DNA from: Eledone cirrhosa
Lineage: Eukaryota
Assembly: GCA_964016885.1 (NCBI GenBank)
Contig: OZ024740.1
Location: 94,922,001 to 94,986,000, forward strand
Length of the DNA stretch: 64,000 nt
Direction: 5' to 3'
A model generated the notes under the pieces. The model searched no databases. It had not been told where the DNA came from and saw nothing but the letters and a program-made list of their open reading frames with translations. Shown piece after piece: positions 1 through 16,967 of the stretch (position 1 is its first letter; every line of letters starts with the position of its first letter). The position numbers were made by a program, and so were the translations under genes.

Positions 1-352
1 CTAACACGAAGGGTAATATCAAACTTAATTCGCACCAAAGTAAACACCACGACAATAATATAAACAGTAATACAAATACCTAAAAAAACATTACAAAAAA
101 CAAAATTAGAAGAAAAGCTAATACATTCTTCAATCCCCTTTCAATCTAAACGTCTCTACCAACTTGCCTAATGCTTTCTTCTCAATCTTGGAAAAAAACT
201 TCCCATCCGGCCACAATTACCATAATCTTATCAATAAAAATACCATTAAAATCTATTACTCTACCATACCTAACATCGGATACCATATAGCTGGTAGTAA
301 TAAAAGGAAGATTAATAATTTATTTCCAACACTACCGACACTGGTTCCATAA
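1..352 (+). mobile_element. Naiad-like PLE fragment (RT-EN linker), frameshifted, truncated by window edge
   Basis: Reads ..TFFNPL/..NLPNAFFSILEKNFPSGHNYHNLINKNTIKIYYSTIPNI.., parallel to the linkers of the other Naiad-like copies (WFAPP..FFKALDNRFPRTHRYHSIFNRHTIKLTYSST at ~57040). Confidence 0.7.
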
Positions 353-859
353 TTTTAAACCTAGCTGATAGTATATAACACTGCCAGATTTGAATTCCTC
401 ACCACCATGAAGACTTCACATCTAGGACGTATCAGCCCCCACAGCAACACACTATTTGATCAGCTCTTTCCTCTACACAACTCCTATTTATCTCTAACCT
501 TGTACTCTACAATAACTTTTAGAATCAAGCATACGGTTACGACCTTTTGATATAACTACTATAGCTTAATTATATTATATACAGTAATAGATATAGAATA
601 TGTAGAGACATGTAATGTAATATGTAATAATAAATTGTATATACATTTCTAATTAAATATTTAAATTAATAGCATGTACATAAGGGATTTACTTTTAACA
701 CAATATAATAATAATAAAGTATATATACATTCATAATTAAATATATAAAGTAATAGAATTGTATATAAGGGATTAACTGTTAACACAATAATGTATATTA
801 TTACACAAATGATATAACTACTTGGACATGTAGACAGCTATACAATGTTTCCATAGCAT

Positions 860-2744
860 ACATCTTGTCCAGTAATGAATAGATAACAATCTAAAAACGT
901 GTTCTATTCATTTGCTAAGTATCACAAGGTCACCGTCTACACTGTTGGCCCTCTAGTTGATGATAGTGGCACACTCCAAACAATGCCAAAACCATGGGTG
1001 AGATACTGCAGAAACAATACTGCTCTGTTTTCAGCAATCCTGATATGGCCGATCTGGTCTGTATCAGTAATGTTAATCACCAACACACTATACCAGACAT
1101 AACCTTTGGCACCCCTGATGTCTTAGCGGCAATACACGAAATTAAACACAATTCAACAGTAGGCCTCAACAGATTCCCTGCTTGTGTCCTTAAGGTGTGT
1201 CGACACCAACTTGCATCTCATCTTGCTAATCTGTGGAGGAACTCACTGGACACTAGCTATATTACTGAACACTTTCTGTCCCACTCCGTTGTCCAAGTCA
1301 TCAAAAAGGGAAATAAGTTAATCGCAGTGAACTATCTTCCGATCTCACTCACCTCTCATATTATCAAGGTATTTGAGAGGATGGTGAGATCACGAATAAC
1401 CCACTTTTTTTAAAGCAACAGCCTGCTGAACTCCAACCAATATGGGTTTCGTAACGGAAGGGACTGCCTAACGCAGCTCCTGCATCACATTGACGATGTT
1501 TTGAGTGCCTTGATGTCATCTACCTTGACAGGGTTTATCATAAGTTTCTACTGAAAAAAACTATCCAATGTTCGTGTCTCTGGAAGGTTACTAGAGTGGA
1601 TCAAATGTTTCCTGACAGGCAGAAGCCAGCATCCTGTAGTCGAAGGAGTAAAATCAAGCCCTTCCAAACTCATCAGTGTCAACCCACAAGGTACTGTGTT
1701 GGGCCCACTGTTGTTCATCATCTACATTAAAGACTTTACTGACATCATCAAACACAGCAACATAACAATCTTCGCAGATGATTCCAAGCCCCAAAGGGTC
1801 ATCAATTAGCTGGTTGACCGGACTTGCATTCAGTCAGACCTACTGGCTGTTATCCAATGGGCAGAAAATAATAACATGCTGTTGAATGAGGATAAGTTTG
1901 AATTAATCCACTTTGGAAAAAAGGATGCCCTGAAACTACCATACTCTCTTCCTGCAGGTGAAAATCTAGTCGCATCCAACAACATGAGATACCTGGGCGT
2001 AATTGTGGACAACAACAAAAGCCGGGCCTCTCATATGAACAACAAAGTTGATATGGCCCGCAGAATGTGTTCCTGGATTCTCAGAACTTTCCAGTCGAGA
2101 GATGTCCACACTGTTATCCTTCTCATCTCCACTTTTGCTCTACCCCCTCCTGAATACTGTTGTCCACTGTGGTCACCCCACACGAAACAAAATATCATAA
2201 ACGTTGAAGCATCCCAAGGTCATTTACAAACAAGATAGATGGCTTGACAGGCCTTGACTATTGGAGTCGATTAGAAAAGCTCAACCTTTATTCTTTCCAA
2301 CGTCGCCGTGAGCGCTAAATTATCTGCATGATGTGGAACATACTCCATCAGCTTTGGCCAAATGATGTTCGCATCACCTTTAATTTACACCCAAGGCTTG
2401 GGCCCCGTGCTATCCGCCCACGATAAAAATCTCACTCGCAACTCATAACAATATGGCACAATTATTTCACCTCAATTGGCCCTACACTATTTAACATTAC
2501 ACCAAAACACATTCATTAAAGCCGAGACAGACCACATCAAGTTCAAGAATTATTTGGATAAATTCCTTCAAGATATCCCGTATAAGCCTCCTACACCCGG
2601 ATATGCCTCCGTAAACAATAATTCTCTGATCGAGTGGGCTATGGTGCCCAAACACTGATTTTTGTAAGACTTCACCAGGTGGTGTTATTAAGTTAGACAT
2701 GGCCCGGGCCAATACAGGCCGAAACCTATCAAAATTATCAAAGT

Positions 2745-2748
<4 letters not shown>
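860..2748 (+). mobile_element. 5'-truncated, decayed non-LTR retrotransposon, CR1-group LINE (RT + C-terminal region + 3' UTR)
   Basis: RT motifs across stops/frameshifts: NYLPISLTSHIIKVFERMV (ORF 994-1413), QYGFRNGRDCL (~1440), PQGTVLGPLLFIIYI (~1685), FADDSK (~1771), EYCCPLWSPH, SFQRRRER (~2292); ends in ctatcaaa-attatcaaa repeat at a (TA)n. Confidence 0.85.
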
Positions 2749-2776
<28 letters not shown>

Positions 2777-4428
2777 CTGATAGTTAGAGGGCTAGATATA
2801 TAGTTGGATGCACCTGAATAAATACATAAAGACAAGACACGAACGAACAAGTACATTTATCTTACTCGTCAGCCATGCTATAGGCAGAGCAATTCCGTGC
2901 TAACGTATGATGTTACAGGTTATTGGACCCATGATTTAAAACCACATGGAAGATACATTTGTAAACGTACAGCAACATAGAATTGTGTGAAAAACTGAAT
3001 GCCTTTCGACGGGAAAAAGACAGAGTAGGATTTGTATCTATATATAATGATATAACGAGCCATGAATATACACACACACACGCACACACACAGACATACA
3101 CACATACATACACACACACACATACATATACACACATACACACACACATATATATACACGCACACACATGTATGTATATGTATGTATACCTGTATATGTT
3201 TACATAGATATTTATATATGTATGAGTTAGTGTCCGCGCATTTTTGTGGTGTTTCCAAGTGTTTGCGTGCATGCGAGATAAGGTCAATCATGCATGCATG
3301 TGTGCATATATACATATGTTAATAATTATATGGATATGAATAGATATGAATACCTAAATAGTTACAGATATAATTTCAGAGATTTTATCAATGTCAGAAG
3401 AAAATTAAGTCTGTTCATGGGAAATCGTTTATTGTAGTTTGTATAATAAGACACTTGTGTAGAGCCGTCTTGCATAATACTTAAAAAATCACCTGCTTAA
3501 TCTTGGAAAGATCAATGTTAATATATATCTAACGGTAGCAGATCTGATCATGAACCGTTAATACACGAACCGTTAATTACCAGCCAAAATGGCTGATAAT
3601 AACGGTTCGTGTTTTCATTTCTAATTCTGTTTCCATTCGTTGATGATTTGTTGCACGTCGTAGATGCATTACTATACGTGTAGATATGTTTCAGAAATAT
3701 CTCTAGATGTGCAGATTTCCATTTGACATATCCATGCATTGCCAGTTTTCTCATATTCAAATTTTTTTATGACACCATTTATTTAGTTTAATATTTACTT
3801 GTTTAAACCTATCATTAACTAGACCAATGCATGTTTTACATTCGAGAGTGAAAGATGTTTTAGTAGATTCTTTTCAGGTCTATATATGACCGCATCTTCA
3901 TATCAATGCGCTGCATAGAAAATAACGAATTATTGAGGTATAGATTTCACCTACATTAGAATGTCTCAAATAAATCAAGTGTCTGTTGAGGTGACAAATG
4001 CTGAAATGTCTATTTATGAAATAATATTTGAAGCAAGATTTACATGCGAAGAATATGTCAGCAAAATATAAACCCTCTTCATATATAAGTTTAAAATTTG
4101 ATGAGAATTCAATCGTATCCTTTAATGTCTGAGCAATAGCGTACTTAGGTACCTGGCTGTACTATATCACACCTTGCGATTTTTGCGTGTTGATTCGGAA
4201 CATCATTAAATACTAGAATCAAATGCGATCCTAGTTTAACAATTCAAACACAAAGACACACAGATGAACACACAACACGGACACACGCACTCATACGCGC
4301 ACACACACTCACACACCCACCCCACACCCACTCACACACGCACATATATATATAACCTAATATATTCATTCCATATACTGTACCCGTTGCGTTGTTTTTT
4401 TCTGTTGACCTTTTACACGCACACCCAC

Positions 4429-4459
<31 letters not shown>

Positions 4460-4489
4460 TACACACTATATGTATATATAAGGAAAAAA

Positions 4490-4930
4490 GATGACATCGA
4501 AACGGCATCTGGAGTCATTTTAAAAATATTTATTTGGTTCCTTTACCCGTTTCGCAGTTCTTGTGCTTTTAAAAAGTAGCATTGAGATGGAGGATTTGTG
4601 ATTGTTCTCGCATCTGGTTGGTGTTCGAATGTTACTTCTGTTTTATGTGGAAAAAAAGTGGTTCGAAATGCTAGTTTTTTAGAAAAGTAATTTGGTTATT
4701 TGATGACTTTCATGTGAATAAGTATAATAGATTACGCGCCAGTTCGCGTTACAAAGTCTTATTATATTTGCCTTTAAAAAAAAGTGGGGTGCTCAGATTA
4801 TTTTTACATATATGAGTGAAATTATGTTGGTTGATGCAGTCACGTGAATAAGCACACAATATTTTGCGCCAGTTTGTGTTTGAATTTATTTTTACTTAAA
4901 ACAAAATGGCTCAAGAAGGTTTTTTTATAA
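4490..4930 (-). repeat. Diverged PLE terminal (pLTR-like) fragment related to the 12435-13199 family
   Basis: Shares ttggt..gtcac(g/a)tgaata..ttttgcgcca blocks with 13775-13820; degenerate CGAAAC-GG-GTA HHR remnant near 4545; related piece at 46350-46500 (+). Confidence 0.45.
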
Positions 4931-5027
4931 ATATAATTTGATTGGTTATATATGAAATTACGATACAATAGGAGGGAACATAATAGTACCACTGAGAGTG
5001 TTGCAGATTGCAATGTAAGATATATAT

Positions 5028-5075
<48 letters not shown>

Positions 5076-5080
5076 ATATA

Positions 5081-5390
5081 TATTGTTATACTTGGGGAGG
5101 GTCATATTTGTGTAATATTGCCAGAATTAATAACAGAACACACTCACTGTTTGGTTGGTTTTCGCTTTTCGCTGTCTTTTATATCGGTAATCTAACTTAC
5201 TCGGTCTTCAATGTTGCCATTGACTGACCGACGGTCAAAAATAATACTGATACAATATAGACAGAAACACATATATATAGTTTATCATAAATCTTTCGTT
5301 GCGCATCTGCAACATCGTCAGTGGTGTTATATTTTCCTCCTGTTGTGTTGTATGTCTACGCCATTTTTATTCAGCCTGTCTATATATTTA
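5081..5390 (+). repeat. Dispersed non-coding repeat family (copies at 41727-42040 +, 16990-17250 -, fold-back copy at 49521-49741)
   Basis: Shared sequence gggtcatatttgtgtaatattgccagaattaataacagaacacactcactgtttggttggttttcgc; copies adjoin (TA)n tracts. Confidence 0.75.
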
Positions 5391-5595
5391 TTTATTTATT
5401 TGTTTGTTTGTTTATTTTATTTTGACTTCTTTGCGCATGCGTTTGCGTGTGTGTATAGTGTTATGTTTACTGTGTGATGGGTGACTATTGTGTGTTTATG
5501 TGCTTGTTATGATTGTGCTTGTGTATGTATTTATTTATTTATCATATTTTTTTATTTTATTTTATTTTATTACATATATATTTTTTTTTTTTTTT

Positions 5596-6007
5596 TATAA
5601 TATAATGAGATGACAGGAGGCTAGATTTGTGTAAATCCTTGAAAGGTTTATTATACTATAATCATTTCAATGACCGGGTTCTGTATAAATCCGTTGATAT
5701 CAGGTATTCGAAATATAATACGTGAATGTAATAGATAAAATACATGGGGCTGAAAATCGAGGACCCGAGGGCGACCGTTATCCAGCACCTTCTACCCTTG
5801 CCGGTTGCCCTCGAGCTGCTGGATAGCAGTCGCCTTCGTGTCCTCGATGTTCAGCCCCATGGATTTTATCTATTACATTCACGTATTATATTTCGAATAC
5901 CTGATGATATCACCGGATTCATACGGAACCCGGTCATTGAAATGATCATAGTATAATAAACCTTTCAAGGATTTACACAAATCCAATCTACTGTCATTTC
6001 ATTATAA
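5596..6007. repeat. Inverted repeat, ~190-bp arms, ~29-bp spacer; PLE-end-like with degenerate HHR
   Basis: 5596-5787 is the reverse complement of 5817-6007 with scattered mismatches; right arm has CTGATGA..GAACC-CG-GTC followed by aataaa. Confidence 0.85.
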
Positions 6008-6145
6008 TGTTTAACTCCGTAATAGCACCACCAACTACAAAAATAAAGACGGTTAAACTGCTTTACGTTGAGTACTCTCTATAGTATTACATTGCGATTG
6101 ACCATACGGAATTGACCAGCTATATCCAGTTGTAAGCATCAAACC

Positions 6146-6199
<54 letters not shown>

Positions 6200-6206
<7 letters not shown>

Positions 6207-6418
6207 TGTAAAATAAGAAAATTATAAAATTTCACTCCAACTAATTAGTTTCTGAAAGGGAATAAACATAGTTTCCGAAGAAATGTACGGAGAAGCCTTT
6301 CGTCATCAGGGAAGTCTATACTCAGCTAAGTTTCCAGGCAATACGTGGACACAGGGAACTTATACACAAATAATTCAGTGGATGGAAAAAAGCAAAGCGT
6401 GGACTAAATTCCAAGCCA
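6200..6418 (-). repeat. PLE terminal fragment, family C, with HHR (6235-6313)
   Basis: Reverse complement matches 32520-32750 and 47095-47325; reads ttcc-CTGATGA-..-GAAAC-TAATTA-GTT-ggag. Confidence 0.75.
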
Positions 6419-6429
6419 TATATATATAC

Positions 6430-8844
6430 AGGAGGAGAAACTTATAGTAATACAATTTATCAATTTTACTAGTGCAGAGGCAACACGCCACCTTATCAAC
6501 TTACACTCCAAAGATTTTAAATTCACACCGACCCCACTACGTCCTAACTACTATGAAAGGAAGGAAGATATCACAGACTTCTGTAGAAAGTTACGACTCA
6601 GTGAATAAATATTCGACCAGTACAATGAGGATGAATCATTAGCCAGAAATAGAAGCAATTACACCCTATAAAAAGGTATTAATAAAATCCTGGACGAATT
6701 CTGTGAACACATCAGAAACTTCCCTTACCAACACTTGCACAGACAAAAACACAAACCAAACCTCAACAAGAAAGAATGGGAAGAATTAAATAGATTAAAA
6801 ACCGACAGAACCATTACAATTAAAGAGGCTGATAAAGGGAGTAAAGTAATCCTAATGGAGACAAAATTCTATATCAACTTAGCGCTCCCCACTTTGGAAA
6901 ACGAAACATATAACGAAAAGGCTGAACACTACAATCAACAGAAAATTATGAGAAACCTAAAAACTCTAATCAACCAATACAAAGAAGGACTCACTAACAA
7001 GGAATTCAGCTTCATCACATACTTCACAAGTAAATCCAGCCTTTTCTACCGTAACCCTAAAGTACATAAAAGCGAATTAATAAGTAAGGCATGCAAGGAA
7101 GCCACAGACATAGTCATCAATGTCCTCTCACACAATGATGTTAAATAAGAACTATAATAGCAGGCCCCGCTTGCGAAACCCACCGCCTTAGCAACTTCAT
7201 TGATACCCTTCTCAAGCCCTTTCTCAAACACATCAACAGCTATATAAGGGACGACCTAGATATGCTCAATCACCTCCATAATATGCCACTTTCTGAACAA
7301 ACCCTACTAGTGACGTTCGATGTAGTCAACCTATACTCCAACATGCCCCACAACCTAGGAATAGAAGCTATCCAATTCTGGCTGGATAATTACTACAATG
7401 AACTCCCACAACGCATCACAAAAGAATTCGTGATAGAGGGACTCAAATTTATCTTGGAGAACAATTACTTCGTTTTCAATAACAAACCCTACAGGCAGAA
7501 ATGTGGGACCGCTATGGGAACGAAAACAGCCCCCACTTATGCCAACCTAGTCATGGGATACCTGGAAATCACCCTCTAATCTAAAGTCCTAAACAAATTT
7601 GGAAACAGTCTCCACTTACACACAGAAAGGAATTGGAAGCGATATCTAGATGACTGCTTCATCCTTTGGCACGAAAACATCGAGAAACTTAAAGAATGTC
7701 ACACCCTTTTAAATGGGCTCAACACGAATATTAACTTCACGATGGAATACAGCCATCAACAACTCCCATTCCTCGACATCCTCATTAAGATCCATAACAA
7801 AACAATAGAAACAGACATATACTACAAGCCCAAAGACTCCAAGCAATATCTACCTTTCAACTCTTGCCACCCTAGACACGTTAAAATTAATATTCCCTAC
7901 AACTTAGCCAAGAGAATCTGTACTATAGTCTCCAATAAAAATAACCTGCTACTTACGGCTACAAGATCTAAAGGACACACTCATAGGCAGGGACTACCCT
8001 GCATCACTAATAGACAATTGAATCCTACGTGCCCTAAAACTCAGTACCCAGGACCTTAGACACACTGAAGTAAATCAACCGAAACTAAAAGCTCTTCCAT
8101 ACATCTCCACACACAACCCCTCAACAATGAGGCCTTTGACACCATCCTCCAGAACATCCCTGTGTTGAAAAAGGACCATAGAATGAACCAAATCCTACGA
8201 ACACACGATATCATAAAGAGCAAAAGACAATCTAAGTCAATGAAAAACATCCTAACACATGCCAAAGTACTGCCAACCACAACAACGAAACCCACAGTAA
8301 AAAAATGCGTTAGACCCAACTGTGCCATTTGCATCAACCTAATAGATGGTTCGGAATTCTATTTCAAAGAAGGACAAAGTTTTATAGTAAAACACAATTT
8401 CACATGTGCATCGGAAAATCTAATATATGTATTAACTTGCTCAGGTTGTCGAGAACAATACATAGGCAAGACCAAAAACAGCCTCCATCAACGCATGACT
8501 GTCCATAGATCCCAAATTAAAATACGGGAATACGGGAAAATACAACTGAGTGAACACATTGAACCTGTGCCGCCCAAAATCATCCCAACTTCAGAATCTT
8601 TCCCCTCTACAAATTTAAAGATAATGCCACCCACACCCAGCGCATCAGCAAGGAATCTTACTTCTTTAACAAATACGGACCCCGTCTAAACACTTCTCCC
8701 TAAGACGAACCCACAACATACACACGTTAACATACATACCTACATCAGCACACATCTCTACCCACAAAGAAACACAATGACATACGTAAACACACATGTT
8801 CTATGGTGCAACACAAATATATATATATATGTATATATATATAG

Positions 8845-8850
<6 letters not shown>
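6430..8850 (+). mobile_element. Neptune-like PLE 'A': decayed RT + Cys linker + GIY-YIG, 5'-truncated; 3' UTR resumes at 12435
   Basis: KEADKGS, LVTFDVVNLYSN, GTAMGTKTAPTYANLVMG, YLDD (7643), LPFLDI, YYKP.DSKQYL..NSCHP, CVRPNCAIC, NLIYVLTCSGCREQYIGKT; multiple stops/frameshifts. Confidence 0.9.
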
Positions 8851-8936
<86 letters not shown>

Positions 8937-8983
8937 AAGGAAAAGCGAAGTAGTTTCAGATGTTCAAGTCCTTTAATAATAAT

Positions 8984-9057
8984 GCTGTGATATATGTTTC
9001 AATGGCGACACTGGCCACACTGTTCTGTGTGCGAGTGCCGTGACATCATCAGACAGC
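8984..9057 (-). ncRNA. Type I hammerhead motif in a ~250-bp solo fragment (8931-9183) between (TA)n tracts
   Basis: GCTGT-CTGATGA-long stem II (cggcact/agtgtcg, cacac/gtgtg)-GAAAC-ATAT-ATC-ACAGC; stem I 5 bp, stem III imperfect. Confidence 0.6.
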
Positions 9058-9200
9058 TTGTTACATAATAAGGTTATGTTTCCGAGGCAATCCAAATTGA
9101 ATCGACATGGGAACGGATGAAATGCGTGTTTTTGGGTTTATCGCCCGTTGAATTGAATTGCATCAATATTTACCCTAATAATTATATATATATATATATA

Positions 9201-12200
9201 TAGAAAGGATGAATATAAAATGAAAGTGCTTTTGTTAAAAAAGGAATTCATTAGGTATTGACATATGTTTCTGTAACAGACCGAATACCTATGTATCGCT
9301 GCTTGCGTAATCATATAATGTTAGCAAGTATTCGATAGCAAATGTATAATCAGTTGTCACTTCTTCAGAGATTTTGGATAAACTGGATAAAATCAGAACA
9401 ATTGAAGTATTTATATTAGTAAAAGAGGAAGGAACAGAGGGGATAGAATATGACACATGGTAAAATAATTTACTGCTAAACAAGTATATAATGGGTTTTT
9501 AATGAGAATACCATGAGTAAATCTAAATAAGAATTTTGGGAGTGCCGATTTTAATCTCTACTTGACCAACTGGACAGTGGACAGGGCTGGTCATTTGGTG
9601 CAGTAGTATTAATTATAAAGTGTCAATTGGGGAAGGGGGAGATTTCGATTGCTACTAAATAACATCAATGCTAGTAGTCAGCTGGTATTTGCACTAGGGA
9701 ATTGAATCAAGAAATAAGAAATCTCATTTTATCTATAGCAGTTTGTATTAAAAGGTAAATAATAGAAGAGTTGATAGAATTAAGACTAATAAAGAATGTT
9801 CATATCTATTTTGACAATCAAACGGGGATAGAGACAGGCGTTCAATCCTGGTAGTATTTATAATATGAAAATGTAGATTTTAAGCGCTGGTTACAGTATA
9901 ACGATCGCTCTATTCTGTTATTTAATAAAATGTTTTTGGATTTCATAATACAAAATAATTCTACATTACATAATTTACAAAATTCCTGTCCATTGGTATA
10001 TGGGGGGGGGGGGGCAGTCGCTATTATATCCCATTTTAGGTGAAATTGTTGGTTATTTTCACGCAGCTGCCAAGCCTTGTCTGCGAGTGTTGTTACATAA
10101 CGCTGGTTTTCATGTTTTATCGAATAACGATGTCTATAAAGGCGTGATTTGAAGGAGGTGGCTGTAGATCCCACATAGTACCACTTCTGTCTATCCGATT
10201 CGATAGTACATTTGTATACGATGTTGCGTTCAAGACACTGATTGTTCAACGGACACATTCCTGGTTGGACACAGTTGCAATTACAATTTTGCGTTGTTGT
10301 ATTGCCATGGATGGGTTGATGAGGTTGCTTATGTAGGACAGGATCTAGTTTGTTGTTTTGTGATGTTATAGCTAATGTTTTACGTGTATTGTTATGTGTT
10401 GGAAGGCGTTTATACAACCGTTTTGCGTTAAGCATTTTTATATGTTGTTCAATATTAGGGGCGGTTGAATATGAAAGTCGAATGGTGTTAGGGTTTAAGA
10501 TTTTATTATATTTATGTGATGTTGGAAAGTGTTTTCTAACTAATCGAAAGAATTTTGAGGGTAGATTGGTTTTAATAGATTTGTTATAGACCGGGTTGTA
10601 CCAGATATACTCCTTACATCGCCTTCTGTTTGGTGGTGTGCGACTATTATTAGAATATCCCGCCTATCGTCCTACCAACAAACCTTCAAAGAACATGCCG
10701 AGTATTATGATGATGCACTTAGGAAAGCCGGTCACCTAGATAATATAGAGTATATAGTCAATGATCACCAAAACGCCCAAAATAAATCACATAGGAGTAG
10801 AAATAGCACATAATCACCACCATACATACACTACCGCAATAGACACAATAATAGTCGCACACCACCAAACAGAAGGCGATGTAAGGAGTATATCTGGTAC
10901 AACCCGGTCTATAACAAATCTATTAAAACCAATCTACCCTCAAAATTATTTCGATTAGTTAGAAAACACTTTCCAACATCACATAAATATAATACAATCT
11001 TAAACCCTAACACCATTCGACTTTCATATTCAACCGCCCCTAATATTGAACAACATATAAAAATGCTTAACGCAAAACGGTTGTATAAACGCCTTCCAAC
11101 ACATAACAATACACGTAAAACATTAGCTATAACATCACAAAACAACAAACAACATCCTGTCCTACATAAGCAACCTCATCAACCCATCCATGGCAATACA
11201 ACAACGCAAAATTGTAATTGCAACTGTGTCCAACCAGGAATGTGTCCGTTGAACAATCAGTGTCTTGAACGCAACATCGTATACAAATGTACTATCGAAT
11301 CGGATAGACAGAAGTGGTACTATGTGGGATCTACAGCCACCTCCTTCAAATCACGCCTTTATAGACATCGTTATTCGATAAAACATGAAAACCAGCGTTA
11401 TGTAACAACACTCGCAGACAAGGCTTGGCAGCTGCGTGAAAATAACCAACAATTTCACCTAAAATGGGATATAATAGCGACTGCCCCCCCCCCCCCCCCC
11501 CCCCATATACCAATGGACAGGAATTTTGTAAATTATGTAATGTAGAATTATTTTGCATTATGAAATCCAAAAACATTTTATTAAATAACAGAATAGAGCG
11601 ATCGTTATACTGTAACCAGCGCTTAAAATCTACATTTTCATATTATAAATACTACCAGAATTGAACGCCTGTCTCTATCCCCGTTTGATTGTCAAAATAG
11701 ATATGAACATTCTTTATTAGTCTTAATTCTATCAACTCTTCTATTATTTACCTTTTAATACAAACTGCTATAGATAAAATGAGATTTCTGATTTCTTGAT
11801 TCAATTCCCTAGTGCAAATACCAGCTGACTACTAGCATTGATGTTATTTAGTAGCAATCGAAATCTCCCCCTTCCCCAATTGACACTTTATAATTAATAC
11901 TACTGCACCAAATGACCAGCCATGTCCACTGTCCAGTTGGTCAAGTAGAGATTAAAATCGGCACTCCCAAAATTCTTATTTAGATTTACTCATGGTATTC
12001 TCATTAAAAACCCATTATATACTTGTTTAGCAGTAAATTATTTTACCATCTGTCATATTCTATCCCCTCTGTTCCTTCCTCTTTTACTAATATAAATACT
12101 TCAATTTTTCTGATTTTATCCAGTTTATCCAAAATCTCTGAAGAAGTGACAACTGATTATACATTTGCTATCGAATACTTGCTAACATTATATGATTACG

Positions 12201-12406
12201 CAAGCAGCGATACATAGGTATTCGGTCTGTTACAGAAACATATGCCAATACCTAATAAATTCCTTTTTTAACAAAAGCACTTTCATTTTATATTCATCCT
12301 TTCTACATTTCTCCGGAATATAATTTATACTCGTTGAGCAAACCTGCACGTACGCTGTTCATCTCTAAAGTAACGATATATTATCACTACATTATTGATA
12401 ACCTGA

Positions 12407-12410
<4 letters not shown>
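9201..12410 (+). mobile_element. Naiad-like PLE, 5'-truncated, with ~1.45-kb inverted duplication of its 3' part
   Basis: 9201-10651 is the reverse complement of 10847-12305; spacer encodes RT thumb (RISRLSS..AEYYDDALRKAGH); both arms encode CNC..CPLNNQC and IVYKC..YYVGST..FKSR GIY-YIG; + copy has a ~100-nt extra tail. Confidence 0.9.
9842..10435 (-). pseudogene. GIY-YIG endonuclease region of Naiad-like PLE (inverted arm)
   Basis: 197-aa ORF; open here (G13 run), frameshifted in the + copy (C21 run at ~11484). Confidence 0.8.
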
Positions 12411-12434
<24 letters not shown>

Positions 12435-12438
<4 letters not shown>

Positions 12439-13194
12439 TGAATATCATTTGACATCTTTTAATATTAAGGTTTTTGATGTTCTATTGAGAGAATCGATTT
12501 TACTGAAAATATCGAATAATGTACACTATTTTACCAGGGAAAAAAATACTGTTCCACCCACACCCACGCACACTCATATTCTCACACGCACACACACATA
12601 CATATACACACACACACATACACACGCGTACATTATCATACAAAGAGACTTATACACACACACACACACACACACACAGACACACACACACACACACACT
12701 TGTCTTAATAGGCATTTGAACTGTCAACAGGCTGCGGTTCGCACACACATCCCTGCTAACCATTATCACAACAACGTACACTTTACTACTACTACTACAC
12801 ACACACACACACACACATTTTTGTTGTGAAAGAGTAATTTCTCAGTCTTGGCGCAAAATCAATTTGTTACATTCACATGACCTCTACCGACCAATCAAAA
12901 TTGTTTTGACCACAATAATTTTTTCAACACGAATTGGCGCAAAAAACTATTTTAATAACACTGGAGCCACGTTTTTAATATAAATACAGGTAGAATTCCC
13001 CAAAATAATCAGATCAGAGCAAACATCACGGACGCTCTATCACAACATTATTTTTGAAAAGCATTTAGAAATGCGCAACTGGTAAAACTTAAAACCAAAA
13101 CTGAATACTAACCATACAATTACTAATTCTCACTTATTCCTAATTAAACTATTTTTCACTGTGAACAATTTGTCACCAATTTCTATTCCGTTTA

Positions 13195-13199
<5 letters not shown>
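12435..13199 (+). mobile_element. Displaced 3' UTR/pLTR of Neptune-like element A
   Basis: In the uninterrupted copy (14697-16229) this same sequence (atagtgaatatcattt..ccgtttacca) directly follows the EN end and a (TA)n; degenerate HHR TTGAAAA-gcattt ag aaatgc-GCAAC..GTA at ~13055. Confidence 0.85.
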
Positions 13200-13241
<42 letters not shown>

Positions 13242-13281
13242 AACAATAATAAACGATATGTATAATAAACAATACAATATA

Positions 13282-13357
13282 ATTACCTCATTACCAGAGG
13301 TTTCCCGGATAAGACAAATACAAGAAACGTCCGCATTCGTTCGTCAGACAAGGCAAT
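13282..13357 (-). ncRNA. Type I hammerhead motif in solo fragment 13238-13460
   Basis: ATTGCCTTGT-CTGACGA-..cgga..tccgg-GAAA-CC-TCT-GG-TA-ATGAGGTAAT; 10-bp stem I (3 GU), GUA site; base of stem II imperfect. Confidence 0.6.
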
Positions 13358-13482
13358 TATTATACACTTAACAATCATTATACATTAAATTTAGCTCTGA
13401 AACTTACATAGAGCACTCCTTACTCCTATGACTTTTTCATTTTTCAATTCAATACTTATATAATATACATATATATATATAA

Positions 13483-16229
<2,747 letters not shown>

Positions 16230-16265
16230 ATATATAATAACTTGTGTGTTACACCTCTATTCTTT

Positions 16266-16320
<55 letters not shown>

Positions 16321-16874
16321 AAGTTTGCTTGGATTCGTCCATTGGCGGTATGCAGGTTCAGGACTCTAGGCTCCTTCAAAGCACAGTATAAAAATATGGA
16401 AAACGAAAAAAAGTGATTCATTGAATTGCAATTGTTTCTCCGGCGAACAGCTCGAGGTGCGATCTGTTTGTGGATCGAACCCGACTGTGGATCTACAAAT
16501 ATATCGTACCTCGAGCTATTCTCCGGAAAAAACATTGTAATACCTTAATAAATTGTCTTTCGATCCATCACTTATTCTTCGTTTTCCATATTATATATAT
16601 ATAAGAATCCAGCTTCTATATATTCCGGCGGAAGCAGGTGTGATCGTAGTTCTGATGAACACCAGCCAGCGTGAAATAGACTGTCAGCATCTGTCCCTTC
16701 TTTCAGCGGATATAAGTAAGCGACTTAGTCACTGCTTTAAAAGTGATAGCGTATACTCTTCTAAATATTTTGAATTAAACATAAGGTATATTGCCAAATA
16801 TAAAATACTACATCCATGTATACATTTCTATTTCAGAGCAACAATTCTACTTCTTCCATATATATATATATATA

Positions 16875-16967
<93 letters not shown>

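Noticed and set aside
2780-2885. Hammerhead on the minus strand (CTGACGA at ~2866-2872)
   Set aside because: No GAAA or stem III found at a suitable position.
3400-4240. Possible host exon in non-repetitive sequence
   Set aside because: Short ORFs with no recognisable family and no convincing splice-site pair.
6735-8689. Telomerase RT or an intact active retroelement
   Set aside because: C-terminal GIY-YIG and PLE motifs identify it as Penelope-like; multiple stops and frameshifts are present.
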